This document shows, in pieces, positions 35,715-48,494 of a stretch of DNA of 64,000 nucleotides (positions are counted from its first letter, which is position 1; the number at the start of each line of letters is the position of its first letter). Where the stretch lies: contig DF237464.1 in assembly GCA_000708835.1 (NCBI GenBank), positions 1 through 64,000 of the forward strand, given 5' to 3'. Below the pieces are notes generated by a model, which did no database searches, was not told the origin of the DNA, and saw only the letters and a program-made list of their open reading frames with translations. The DNA is from Klebsormidium nitens (lineage: Eukaryota; Plantae; Klebsormidiophyceae). Position numbers and translations under genes: made by a program.

Positions 35715-38700
35715 TCAATAATTATCGGTGCTCTCTACGGACTGCCTGGAAGACGTCGATTTCGTCATCGACGTTGCCTCTTGCACCTCAATTTCAGTGC
35801 TTTCTGTTGACTGCCTGGAAGACGGCAATCTTCTCATCGACGTGGCGTTTTGCACCTCCAACTCCGCATTCGCCTTGTCCGTAGTTTGTAAGGACTTTCG
35901 TCGTAGGGAAGTGGCTCTACGGAACGCATGGCTTCGCTCGCTTTGCTCCCCGTCCCCTCTTCTGCTACTGCCAACGTCACCTTGACTGACGGCTGACGCC
36001 AGGCCTGGTTGCACCAAGGCGAGCCCCTTTGCAAGTCGACCAAAAGAAGGTGATTGCCCGAGCCTGGTGGACCGGCCAGCCAAAACCTTCGCGGGAGCCA
36101 GATTCGATTCTGAAAGGGACGTCTCCAGCGGCCGACCCTGCGTCACGGCCGTGCCGGGCCGCCAGTCGACCAGCGCGGGGGGGCTCACGGGTGCTGCCAG
36201 GGCCGTTGTTGGCCGCACGATCATACCCTCCTGCCCCGCACTGGGTGTGGAAATCAACCGTCTCGGCGCAACGGTCGGGCGTTTATGGCGGTCCTTGTCC
36301 GTTTGGCCGGCGCTTGCTGAGGCGGCGAGCGCTCCACGGGCGGGAGCCGGGCCAAAGTGCGGCAGGCGGGGCAGAGGCAGGGGGTTCGCCAGCTCGGCGA
36401 GTGCCTGCTCAGGGGACGCCTTCTGCAGCTCAGAAGTACGTCCGGGGGCCTTTGCGTCGGCCCGCCCCGCCCATTGGCCCCACTCACTTGCGCCTTGCTC
36501 CGCGAGACTCTCTTCATTCTCGAGGCCCTCTCCACTCTCCGGGTCATCAAAATCCCCTCCGCCAGTCCCCCAGGCGACCGGCCCGCCGCGCAGGCTGCCG
36601 TGCGCGGCGGCCGGGTCCAGGTCGCGCAATTTCTGAGTGAGCTGCCTTTGAATGGCGCGGCTGTGCGCGACGCGCGCCTGCTGCTGCCGCAGGAGCGCCT
36701 GCAGCGTGGCCACCTTGCGGCTGGTGTCCGCCAGGTTGCCCAGCAGCACCACGTTCTCGCCGCGGATGCGCTCCATGTCCGCGCGCGTCTTCTCCTCCGT
36801 GCGCGCGATCGCGTCCTTGAGCACCTTCACGAACCGCTCCAGGCACCGCCTGCGGATAAGAGCCGTGCATAGTCAGAAGCACTTCAATTTAACACCCCAG
36901 GTTTTGGCAAACAGTGGCACTCAATCTCGCGCAGCTTCATTGGATGCGCTGTGCAAAAAATTTGGAAACCGACCTCAAAGGAATGTCGCTGAGCGCAGCT
37001 CAAGTCCGCCTCTTCCTCAAAAGCAGAGCACTGTAAGCGAGTCAGGCTGGAAGCGCTCTACCCATCCTGGATGCGGGTTGTGGGCGGGCATCAAGTAAGC
37101 CCCGTCAAGGACAGCGCGAGGTGCCCAGAGAGCGCGGAGCGCGTGCCCTGCGCGCGCTCACTTTTGGCGGAGGATCTCGTCGTCGGCGACGCGCGCCTCG
37201 GCGACGGCGGCGGAGCGGTTGTCGTCGACGTAGGCGGCGTAGAGCGCCTTGATGCAGCGCGGCCACTCGGCGCTGTCCTGGTCGCGCACCACCTTGCACA
37301 GGTCCGCCGTGAACAGGTCGATGTACCGCTCCTTGGCGTGCACCGCGCCGCGCAGCGCCTCCATCTCGCGCTCCTGCGCCGCCACCTTGGCCTTCAGGAA
37401 GCGCTGCGCTTCTTGCCACGTCCAGAACTCCGCCGCGAACGCCGCCTCGCGCTCCTCTGCCTCCGCCAGTTTCTGCACCACCACGCACGGCAAGTGAGGA
37501 GCAGAGACCACCTGAGAGAGTCGAACTCGCAGACATGCGCACGGGGTGTACCTTTGCCCTGCCTGTCACCTCTCCTCGATGCGTCAGCACCCAACGTTAA
37601 CCAGTCTGCAGACACGCAAGATTGAAGCTTGCACAACGCTGACATCAACATGGTGCGTTGCCTGTCGGTGGACACCCCGTCTGCCCCTCTGGCAGCGGAG
37701 TGGGCGGGCGTGGCCGCGGGCGCACCTGTTTCTGCGCGGCGTTCTCTGCCTTGAGCGGCTCCTCGGTGCTTTCGAGCTTCCTGATCTTGGTGTCCCGGAT
37801 CATGGCGTACGCCTCGTGCTCGCCGATGGTCTTGCGCATGCGCAGGATCTCGTCCTCCTTCTCCAGCAGCAGCTGGTCCGTGTCGCGCCGGTGCGCCTCC
37901 AGCACGCCAATCCTGCCACGCACCGCGAGTCAGGCAACGAGCAAAGCAGATGCGGGAGGCTGAGGAACATGCCGTACGACCAAAAGACCGGCATAGCGGG
38001 GGATCTGGAGGCTGATGCAGGGAAAACAGAATGTGGAAGGCCCCTACAAATTGCATCTAGAAGACGACGTGCCTTCAGGAACGTCTCGGACCCACAAGGC
38101 AGGTTTGGAGAGATGTCCACTCACGACTGTCCTATTTATAAGTGGGTCCCGTAATCCTGAAAACAGAATACCCTCACCACCATTTCCGTTAGCATTTCAA
38201 AGCAATTAATTAGTGCGAGAGGTGCCCCGGTTCACTCGAACCACAGTGTCAGGCAGACCTCCCGAATCATTCATCACGCGTAAGCCTGGCACCAGAGACG
38301 ACAGCACAAGGCTCTAACGACACACTACTACTTGTCATATAGCCTCCTCTTCGGAGCGCCCCCTGCAGTTTGTCCTTGTGTGCGCGGCCTCACTTGTCCC
38401 GCAGCACAGCGTTCTCGAGCTCCAGCTTGCGCGCCTGCTCCTGTCGCTCGCGCACCTCCTGCTCGAGCCGGATCTTGCGGCCCTCCGCCTCGGCGGCCTT
38501 GTTGCGCTCAAAGATGGCCTGCCCGCGCGCCTCGAATGTGCGCTGCACCTGCGTCTCGTACTCTGTGCGCGCGCGCGTCATCACGTTGTGCAGCTCCTCC
38601 TCGTTGATCTCGAACTCCTCCACCAGCTGCGTCTGCACCCCACGTAACACGAGCCACGTCAGTACAAGCTATGAAAGATCTCTCGGCAACGCAGGAGATC

Positions 38701-41700
38701 ATCAAACCCGTGAGGGCTTGCAAACTTATTTGACCCCTACTCCTTTCAAAAGCTAGACAAGCAACAGCTAGACAAGCAACTGAAAGTCAAAAGGTTCCGT
38801 CGACAACCTTTGCGTCTATTAGAAAGCCACCATATCGCTGAGGTCCCTGACCAGGGCAGTGATATGCAGGGACACTGCGCGCGCGCACCTCGGCCTTGCG
38901 CAGCTTGGACGCCGCCTCGCGGTGCAGCTTGTCGATCTCGGCCAGCAGCTTGGCCTCGTACGCGCGGTGCTGCTCAAGCACGCCCTCCGTGGCGGCCTGG
39001 TGCTCCGCCAGCTTGGCCGCCACGCGGCTCTCCAGCTCGCGCCGCAGCACGCCCAGCTCCGCCTCCAGCCCGTCCGCCCGCCGCGCCTCGCGCAGCAGCT
39101 GCACAAACACGGGACACTCAACGCGCGCGTCGACACCAAGCAAGCAGTCACTGAGGCCCCTACTTTACCATCGCGAACTTGTCCAACCCCGAAAGGACTT
39201 GAATTCTCTCAGTAACGAGCAAAAATTGCAGTAACCCAAGGCTTTCGGATCTACGGGAAACTCATAGTCCCCTGTCAGCAAGTGTTCCATCTACGGGCTG
39301 GCCCCGCCCCTGGTAGCGGCCCCCACCTTGATGTCGCCGCGCTGCGTGGCCTCCTTGACGGCGTCCTCCTTGTGCTGGCGCTCCACGGCGAGCGTGGTCT
39401 GGTACCGCTCCTCCGCCTCCATGGCCGCCTTCTCGTGCTCCTTCACCGTCTGCCGCAGGCCCAGCTCCGCGCGCTCCGCCACCTCGTCGTGCTCGCGCAG
39501 CCGCGCCGCCGCGTCCTGCTCCACCCGGTGCAGCTTGTACGCTGCCTCGTCCGACAGCTTCTGCAGGCTCCACCGCAGCTCCTGCAGCGCAGCGCACGCG
39601 GAACGAGTCAAACTTCCGGTAGCAGCAACTCGTGCCCGCCGTTGCAGGCACTAAGCGTCTTCGCCAAGTGCCTGTTATGCACTCAGAAAGACCACGGACA
39701 ACCTCGCTTCCCCTTCTGCGTGCCAAACACTGACAGTGCTAGAAAGATATAGAGACCACCCAATGCTGAGGGTGAGCCAAGAAGCCCCTTGTGTTCCGAC
39801 ACTCGCATCGTGATGAATGTTTGTGGCAAACTCCACATATTCCGGCCACCGCTCGCGTGCGCACCTCTTTCTCGCGCTCTTCCTTTTGTAGCGTGCTTTT
39901 CTTCACGAGCACCAGCGCGTCCGTCGGCGCCTCCTCCCCGCCCACCATCGGTGCGGCGGTCGCCTGCGCGGCCTGGTCGGGCGCCGCGTCCCGGTGGCCC
40001 GCCACGGCCGCGACAAACACGATGCCGTCCACGCCCGCGCTGAACACCAGGCCGGCAGACTCTACGCAGCACAGACCCGTAAGGGGGCCGCCGTGCAGGA
40101 ACAGCTCGGGGGACGCGCGCGAGCCGTCGGAGGCGAGAGGGTACTGCCGCAGGCTGAGGGCCCCGTTGCGCGCCCCGGTCGCCAGGAGCGCCCGCGAGAA
40201 GAGGCCGGCCATCCAGACGGTGGCAGAGTGGCCGCCAAAGTGCTCCGACACGATGTTGGTGCGGATGATGGGCGACACCGCCGCCACCGGCGGCCCCGCG
40301 CGGCCGCGCTCCAAGTTGCGGCTCGAGAGCGCCCCCCCCGCGCGCTGCAGCGCCTCCGAGGAGTGGCTGCCGAAGCTGGCGCTGGCAGGGACGGAGCTGC
40401 CCTCCCGCCGCAACGACGCATGCGGCGCCAGGGCCTCCGGGCCCGGCTGGCCGCCCTCTGCCGCGGCGAGCTGCTTGCCGGTGTCGAAGACGCGCAGGGG
40501 CGTGCTGGCGCCGCAGGCGAGGAGCGCGGTGCGGTCGTGGTTGTAGAGGACGCAGGTGTAGTCGGAGCCCTTGATGACGCTCTCCTCCGCGCGCGCCAGC
40601 CGCTCCATGCTCCAGCTGTACACCGTGCCGTGCGCGTCCGCCGACACCAGGTACAGGCTGTCCGCCGACCAGCACAGGCTGCTCACCGGCTTCGAGTGGC
40701 CCTGCGGCAGGGGGGAAGAAGAAGAGTGAGGCTGCGAAAGGCGACTGAGAACACCCTTGTAAATATAGGAGTGGAGGAGTTCGGTTCTCAGAGCAAGTTA
40801 CCCCAGCCTGTCGACAAACGAAGTAAGAATCGCACTGAGGGGCTAAAGAACTCCGCAGGTATAGGAACCATCCTACGATGCGTTTGGATATGCAAAATGT
40901 CACAGGATACGTAGCCTGTTTCAACCCTGTGCCGGAGCCCTCAGCCAGGGACGCTATAACAAAAACCTCTGGCCACTCGTTTCTTACTTGCACAACTTCG
41001 ATTCCGGGAATTTATGCGCATGCTATCCCCATGATCTTCGGAACAAGCCCCCCCCCACCACAGGGTACGCACGGCTAACCTTGAAGGCGACGAGCGGCGT
41101 CCAGTCGAGGGCGGAGTAGACGGTGAGCTCGCGCGGGGTGGCGGCCGCGGCGAGGTGCCCGCTGGGGCTGTACTTGAGCTTGCTGCAGTCGCGCAACGTC
41201 AGCTCCGCCGTCACCTGCAGCCTGCACCGCAGCGGCTCTCATTAAGGTCTCCTCAGCCTTTGCTGCGGAACTGCCGACTTTTGCGCTGCGCCATGGCGGA
41301 AAGGGAGGGCCCTCGACCATTACTCGCGCGCCTAGACGAACCAAGGGAAGGAACCTTTTCGCCTTCCCAACTCCTGCCACGCCGAACACTTTCTTGTGAT
41401 CTGTCTACGGAGGCTGCTACTGCAGTGCACCGGTCCGTACTGTCGTTTTCAAAAGGTAGTTACATGCGGACGACGCACATGACATCATTGACGTAAGCCT
41501 CTTCATAGACTTAGCGTCGGCTGGTAACGCTCCATCCTCATTCCGTTGTCCATCAGAACCCTGATCTTTGCTTTGCTTGCAGTGAGAGCAATGCCGTTGA
41601 GCTTGGATTGCGGCGGCTCACTTGTTGACGAGGACGTAGTAGACGAGCACGCGCTGCGGCAGCGCCACCAGCAGCTGGTACCCCCACGGGTTGAACGCCA

Positions 41701-44700
41701 CCGCGCGCGGCTCCTCCTCCAGCCTGCACCGGGCGGCAAGCACGCCAGTCTAGAGGCCACCAAACACCGGTCACACCAAGATGGCTCTGCCTCGTCAGCC
41801 ACTTTCAAGGCAGGAAGCTCCCATCAGTAGGATAGGGGTGTGGAATGAGGTCATCTTGTCGCTGGAATGCACGCCGAAGCCGGAAGGGCAGCAGAGCCTA
41901 TCTGGGCGGTTGCGGCGTCTCACATGTGCACGAGCTCTGCGGTCCAGTTCTTGTAGTCCCACACGCGGAGGCTCTGGTCCGCGGACACGCTGGCCAGCAG
42001 GCAGCGCCGGGGGCACACGTCCAGGCCCAGCACGTCACCCGAGTGGAAGCCTGCACCGCCACACGGACCGCACAACACAATGAGCCGCACGCCAATACTG
42101 GAGCGGCAAAGTGGCCCTGGCTCGCCCCAGACTAGAGAAGCTCCCGAGCGCAAAGCCAGCGCAACAAGGTGTTGCTGGGATATGTCGGGGCAGAGGGTTA
42201 GCCACCGATCGTCAGGGGAAGCGAAGTCCTTCCGCGGGACGGCTCACCGGTGAGCATGGGCGTGAAGACCTTGCTCGAGTCCTGTTCCGCGTCCATGGCC
42301 GTCAGGCTTACCGACAGCACACTCTCGCCCTGCACCGTAACAGCACCGCACGCCATCAGCGCAGCTCCACATCACCCCTCCCGGCGCAACGTCGCCGTGC
42401 ATGCAAACCGATGCGCTTGATGAAACGAAAGCTGCACAACTGGAGCTGACGCATGCCAGCTTGAGGCATGTGCAGGCTGCGCGCTTGGCAACGAGAGCAC
42501 AGAGAGAAGGGGGCGATCACGCAGGGTGGCCCCCGTGGGCGGGGCGTACCTCGAGGACGACCTTGGCGCTGGCCTCCGCCGGGTCGAGCGCAATGCAGCT
42601 CAGGGAGGCCTGGCCTCTGCACCACAACAGGCATGCTGAGCGGATGGAAAACTATGGGATGCCCTGGCGGAGAGCGTACGAAGGGGCATCGATGCTGGGG
42701 CGCGGTGTGTGGGAACGGATTGCGCATGCCTCAGATGGTCACGACAATCACGGAAAGCAGTGACGGTGGACTGGCACGGCAGCCGGCTCACCTGCCAGCT
42801 GGCAGCTCCTGCTTCGACCATTCTCCAGAAGCCTGCACAGAGTAAGCGAAAAAGTTCAGGAGCTATGCACTACAGCAACTTTTCACGATATACGAAGCGG
42901 TTTGCCCTCAGTTGTTAGATGCAGCGGTACGGGTTTCCTTGTGCCTGGCTCCTCACCACGTCATTAGCTGGGGCTTTGTAGAGCAGCAGTCGGCCCAGCA
43001 CGCTCCCGGCCAGGAAGCCGTGTGCGGTGGCCGCCAGACAATAGATGGGGCCGTTGTGATTCAGCCTCTGCACGCACACACAGCGCGGGGGTCAGCACGC
43101 AGGCAAGCGGCAAGAAAACACGCCACAAGGAGCCTAAAGGGTCTTCTGCGCAGAACAAATCCAGAGACAGATGCAACAAAACCGGAGTCGGTCTCGAGGA
43201 AGAGCAGGAGTCAACGGGTGACAGGCAACGGATATATGGCGAGGGAGGATTTGCTCACCTGCTGGACCTGTCCCTCGGCTATGAGGAACACCACCCCGTC
43301 ACGGTTCGCCACGGCGAGGGTACCGTCTACGAGCCAGGCATGGTCCGTGTAGTCGGGCAACACTTTCTGGGTGGCCGGGGTGCGCATCATGGTCGCGCTT
43401 CGTGGGGTGGAGCAAGCCGAGGACTGGCGGTGGGTCCCCCCCAGAGAGCGCGGAGGGGGCGCCATGCCCGCCACAGACACGGCCTTGAGGCCCTTGTCAT
43501 TCCAGCGCCACAGCTTGAATACGCGTGCGCCTGAAAAACAGCAGCCCGGATTTCTTTTAGCAAGGAGCAGAGTCGGGAAGAGCTCCGTCAAATGTGTTTC
43601 TCTCGTAGAAGTTACAAAGCGTTTTTGCAGTTTGACTCTGCTTGTGAAAAGGTGGTCGTTTGCAATACATCTGGGCAAGTAGCAATGGATGTCTTTCAAA
43701 GAAGGGAGGTCCAGGTCGTACCTGTGGTTGCCAGCTCGGTTGGCTCCTTCTTGTTGAAGCTGACACGGACCACGTCACTCCCCACACTGGCGCTGGCAAG
43801 CACCTGCCAGGAGACGCGCACACCGTGAGCAGCCCACAAGATCGCGTCGTACAAAATCTGGCACATGTGCCTCCACAGGTGCAAATGGACACAGATGTAT
43901 GCTTCGCTAGCATCTGGGGGAAGGCACAAATCATAGTTATTTGATGAAGGGCAGCAGTGGAAGTCGTGGAAGTCAGTGGAAGTGTCCAGACAGTGGCGGG
44001 GGTGATGACAAAGGGCGGCGCCCACCTTGCTCTTTGGCAGATTCCAGCAGGTGAGCGTGGCGGCCTCATCGTTGGCCACTGTCACCAACGACTCGCCATC
44101 GGGGGAGAAGGCGCATGCAGTGAAGTCTGCAGAGGCCAGATCCAGAGAATCATCAACGCACCCCTGAGCTGCCGTGCTGTGTCAGCTAGTGTCAACAACT
44201 GACTGGCAAGTCACAACATGCTGACATCTTCTTAAGCCAGGTGGAAAGTGAGAGATACCGTGGGCCCCATCACACCGCTGCTGCACTGCCAGACAGCGGA
44301 GGCCTGGGCAGCCTCACCTCCCATGTACGCGGTCTGCAGCGTCTTCACTTTCTGGTGGCTTCTGCAGTCATAGATGGTGACCTGCCGAAAGATCGAAAGA
44401 GACTTTGTGTGCCACTCCTTTCAAATCTCCAGAAGCCCCAGCAATCCGTTCCTGAGAACGAAAATGAGTCAGACAGGAACCTTGGTGGTCTCCTTCTTTC
44501 ATATGAAGCCCTGGCGCGTCTGCATCCAGTCCTATCGCATGGCACCCGCCCTCACCTGGCCTGCTCCCCTGACCTTCTCACACGCCGCCACCAGCTTCCC
44601 ATTTGGGGACACCACCACCGCAGTGATGGCCTGCACCGCAGAGCTGACAATGAGAGGCGCCGAGAGAGTGGCAGCCAACCACCACGAAATGGGATCACCA

Positions 44701-45358
44701 TCAGCGCAAGCGGACTGAGATACTGGAGGCTCTTGTAAGCAGCAGCGTAACACATTGTGATGGTGATGTCTATAAGGTCAGCTGGCGGCTGGCAGCTGAC
44801 GTGGCCATTATCTATTGTCTTCCTGCTAGCAAAGGCAGGTTTTGCAGCTCCCCTTTGGACTGCATTCTCTTTGCATAGCTCAAAGAGCACCAGCGTACCT
44901 CAACATTGGCATTGCCAGTGGTGAACTGGAGGGGGGGGCTCCTCTCTTCGCTGTAAAAGGCAAGGACCTTGCCAGTTCCGTACACTGTTGTGGCCTCCGA
45001 CACGCAGCCCAGCTGGCAAGGCCGCCCAGGGCCGCGGGGGCCGCCAAAGCCAAAGGCATGGCTGCGCAGAAGAGCAGGGGGAAGACCGATTCAGGAAAGA
45101 AGGGCCTTGATAGTTCACGCGGGCGGGCAGTCGCTGAACTTATCTGAATATATGTAGATTTATCTTCAAAGTGGCGACTCGGCAAGGGGAGAAGAATACG
45201 TTGGTGACTCATTGACGTTTGCAGTCATATACACATGGCCCGAAAAACGACTTAGATGGTGCCAGCACATGGGGATGTTCTTAGAGAGCGTGTCTAACGT
45301 GACCACCGAGCTACTAGGCGCCAGTTTCTTACATGGGCTCCAGGAAAGCTCCCTCCAT
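35715..45358 (-). CDS. CFAP57: Cilia- and flagella-associated protein 57 (WDR65/FAP57) homolog: WD40 N-terminal half and coiled-coil C-terminal half; about 21 exons
   Basis: A 26-nt first exon (45333-45358) splices to 44899-45061, giving MEGAFLEPIHAFG. WD repeats include ITAVVVSPNGKLVAACEK, FTACAFSPDGESLVT, GFHSGDVLGLDVCPRRCLLASVSADQSLRVWDY and GHSKPVSSLCWSADSLYLVSADAHGTVYSW. Long heptad regions follow (ELRWSLQKLSDEAAYKL..., ADMERIRGENVVLL). All junctions I traced were GT-AG. Family assignment is from memory of the CFAP57 architecture. Confidence 0.82.
35731..35880 (-). repeat. 69-bp (23-codon) tandem repeat in the last coding exon of CFAP57
   Basis: GACTGCCTGGAAGACG recurs at 35740 and 35809. 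The peptide is (NAELEVQNATSMRRLPSSRQS)(TESTEIEVQEATSMTKSTSSRQS)(TEST). Confidence 0.85.
38751..38780. repeat. 15-bp perfect tandem duplication in a CFAP57 intron
   Basis: AGCTAGACAAGCAAC x2. Confidence 0.9.
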
Positions 45359-46170
45359 GCTAACGGCAATGACAAGACGCCTTCTCAAGAGGCATCACAA
45401 TTCCTGCCTCGTCTTCTTTCAGCTGCCAGGACGGGCAGCGAAGCTCCTGTCATCGTTGCATGGCCACTTTCAGTGCCGCCATGCTGTGAAAGCAGGGCTC
45501 CGTATGCCACTGTACGGTATGGTCTGCATTGGGACCGCCATGAGTCATGAACTTGAAGAAACCCTAAAATTTATCAGCAGGCCGGGGCGGCCGCCCGGCG
45601 CGCTTCTGAGTTTGCGGACGTAAAGTTCTTGAACCATGAGCATTGAGTACCTGTGAGCCGGCGTCCATTAGCGTACGAGACAGCGACTCAACGTGTCGAA
45701 ACGCTGTCCCGGGTTGATCGTGCCCAATCTTCATCACCATGCTGATGTGGCATGTTCTTGCTTTAGCCGCTCTAGCGCGTGCAGCTGGGCAAGGGTGGCC
45801 AAGCAAACAGGTGCCAGCTCTGACGAGTCTGAGCAAGCAAGCAAGTTCTCTCTGCTCGCCGTGCCCAGAAAGAAGAATCAGCAGGAGAAGCAGGCGGGTT
45901 CAACTGCCTTCTGTACACGCATCACCAGCAGCTGCTGCATTGTAGCCCAGGGCCGGGCTGCAGAACGAGCTGAGGATTTCAAGCTTTCCACATTGCATGA
46001 CTGTTGGGCTTGTGCAAAGGAGACAGCACACAGGTCCGTGCAGTTTTGATCCTGGGCACCTTTTGTCCCCTGAAAGAAGCACAATCAACGTAGTTGCATC
46101 TGGGCAAAGCCTGATAGGCTTGGTTTGCCAGAGGATTTATTGACTCAAAAGAGTTAGAGGCCAGCGGACG
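45359..46170. promoter_or_regulatory. Divergent promoter region between CFAP57 and the mutase/lyase gene
   Basis: Head-to-head ATGs at 45358 (-) and 46171 (+). Confidence 0.45.
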
Positions 46171-48494
46171 ATGGCGCTGACCGCTGCATTGCAGCCCTCC
46201 ACTCTACCTCGGTGGTCGCGCTCCCAATTGGACCATTTGGAAGCGGACCGCAGCGGCTGCTATTCCCATGCCCGCCATTCGTCCTTTTATGGCACCCAGC
46301 TGGAGCGCGTTCATCAGCGCAGCACCCAGCAGCCTGCCAGGCAATGCCGTGGGGCGGTGAAAGCAGCGGCCTCGGGGGAGGGGAACAGCGCCCCAAAGAG
46401 CAAAAAGACAAGGATACACAAGCTGGTGGAGGAGAAAGGGGTGCTGCTGATGCCAGGCTGCTATGATGCCCTGTCCGCCAGGATATTGCAGAAGAGTGGC
46501 TTCAATGCAGGTACACAGCTTGGTTTGATTCAGATGGTGCGAAGCCATTGATTGACCTGGCACCGTCCCTGTTGCTTTCTCTGATGCCAGATTCCTGAGG
46601 GCTGTGAAGTATCTGACATGCGCTGTGAGCAGACTTTGTTATTCTGTTCATTTTCTAGCTCATAGCCAGGTGTTTTGAATGACCGTTATGCACATTTGAG
46701 TACAATTTCTGCACTGGTGCACAGAAGATGCTTGTCCCAATTGCACCAACGACGACGTCCTCAGAGCAGGACTTTCAGCAGAGGTTGCACTTCCAACGGA
46801 GTCCTTTGACCCCACGGCAGGCCTGGCAATTAAACATCCTCAATACGTGCAGGGTTTATCTCTGGGTACGCAATGTCCGCTGCTTTTCTGGGCAAGCCAG
46901 ACTTCGGACTCTTGACGCCTCCCGAGATGGCGTCCAATGCGCGCCACATCTGCGCAGCAGCAACCGACATTCCCATCATAGCCGATGCGGACACTGGGGG
47001 AGGAAATGCTCTCAATGTACAGCGAACAGTGAAGGACCTCATTGCGGCCGGGGCGGCTGGGTGCTTCCTTGAAGACCAGCAGTGGCCAAAGAAATGCGGC
47101 CACATGAGAGGAAAGCAGGTGAGCGAGTCTCCAAGCCTCGCAGCAAGAGGGCGCAGATTGCCCGACCAGCGCTGTGGGCTGGCATGATACCGCTGAACCT
47201 TGGTGACGTAGATCAACACTGCCCTATCAACATCTGCCTCCTTACATCTCTTGAAACATTGGAAATGCATCAGACTTGCATCATGTTATACTAGTGGATC
47301 AGCTCCATGCCACACTTTCGCTGATTGGAGAGAGTCGCGGGCTTCTTCACAGTTGCTTTGAACCAGCTGCGGTGCGCCCGCTGTGACCCTGCAGGTGATC
47401 CCCATGGAGGAGCATGCCCAGAAGATTGCAGCTGCACGGGACGCCATTGGCGATGCGGACTTCTTCCTGGTGGCCAGGACGGATGCCCGGGCCACGTCGA
47501 AGATGTACGGGTTGCAGGACGCCATTGCGAGGGCCAACCTCTACATGGAGGTACGGGACCTGTGCCTGAGCGAATACTTTATATTGCATGACTAGCTTCT
47601 TCCTTGAAACCTCAGTAATCTTTCAACAGTGATGGCCCGCACACTGGACGCCTCTTCTAAAATTTTGGTACAGTCAATAGGTCCTTGGTCCATGTGCTGA
47701 TGGTAGAAAATGATTCTGACACAGGAGGCATGTCTCATGATCACGGCCAGGCTGAAGACATTGTCCCTGAGCATGACAGCAGTTCAACCCGTAGAGCATG
47801 CTTTTTGCCAGTGCTTTCTGTCTTATGTTGTGGCTTGAGCTCCACACTAGATTGGTAGTTTGGCAGCTCATGGTCGTACGAAAATTGGAGCATGGGCAGC
47901 GTCACTTCAAGCTTATGTACTTGTGTTTTTCGTTCTCTATTTGGTCAGTACTGGAAGAACTTGCTTCCCTACCACAGTCAGCCATCTTGTGTTAGCAAGG
48001 TGTAAACACGCTGGGATTGACAGCAGCTTTCGTTACACGGGGGCAGGAAGAGGTCCGTGCCGAGGAAATGCCCCCCTGGCCTATCCCTGACCGCCCACTT
48101 TGTACAGGCGGGAGCGGACGCCAGTTTTGTGGAGGCGCCCCGTGACGATGACGAGTTGCGGTTAATCGGGCGGCAAACCCAGGGGCTGCGGGTTTGCAAC
48201 ATGCTTGAGGGCGGGGTAACGCCGCTGCACCCGCCTGAGGAGCTTGCGGAGATGGGCTTCCAGATCATCGTGCACCCTTTGACTGGGCTGTACGCTGCGA
48301 GTCGGGCATTGTTGGACATTTACGACGAGCTGCACCGTAGGGGGACAACCAAGTGGAGTCTTAGAAAGTTGGCTACTTTTGAAGAGTTCAATCAGATAGT
48401 AGACTTGGAAGATCTGTTCCAAAAGGAGGCCAAGTACGGATTTAAGGAGCCTACAGAGCCGTACTACAGCAACGTAGACAGCAAGGGCGTATAA
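46171..48494 (+). CDS. Isocitrate lyase/PEP mutase superfamily enzyme (carboxyvinyl-carboxyphosphonate phosphorylmutase / 2,3-dimethylmalate lyase-like), probably chloroplastic; 4 exons, about 382 aa
   Basis: Exons 46171-46510, 46853-47118, 47395-47550 and 48108-48494 total 1149 nt. Motifs: MPGCYDALSA, ISGYAMSAAFLGKPDFGL, IIADADTGGG, EDQQWPKKCGHM, ARTDAR, FVEAP, CNMLEGG. Confidence 0.93.
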
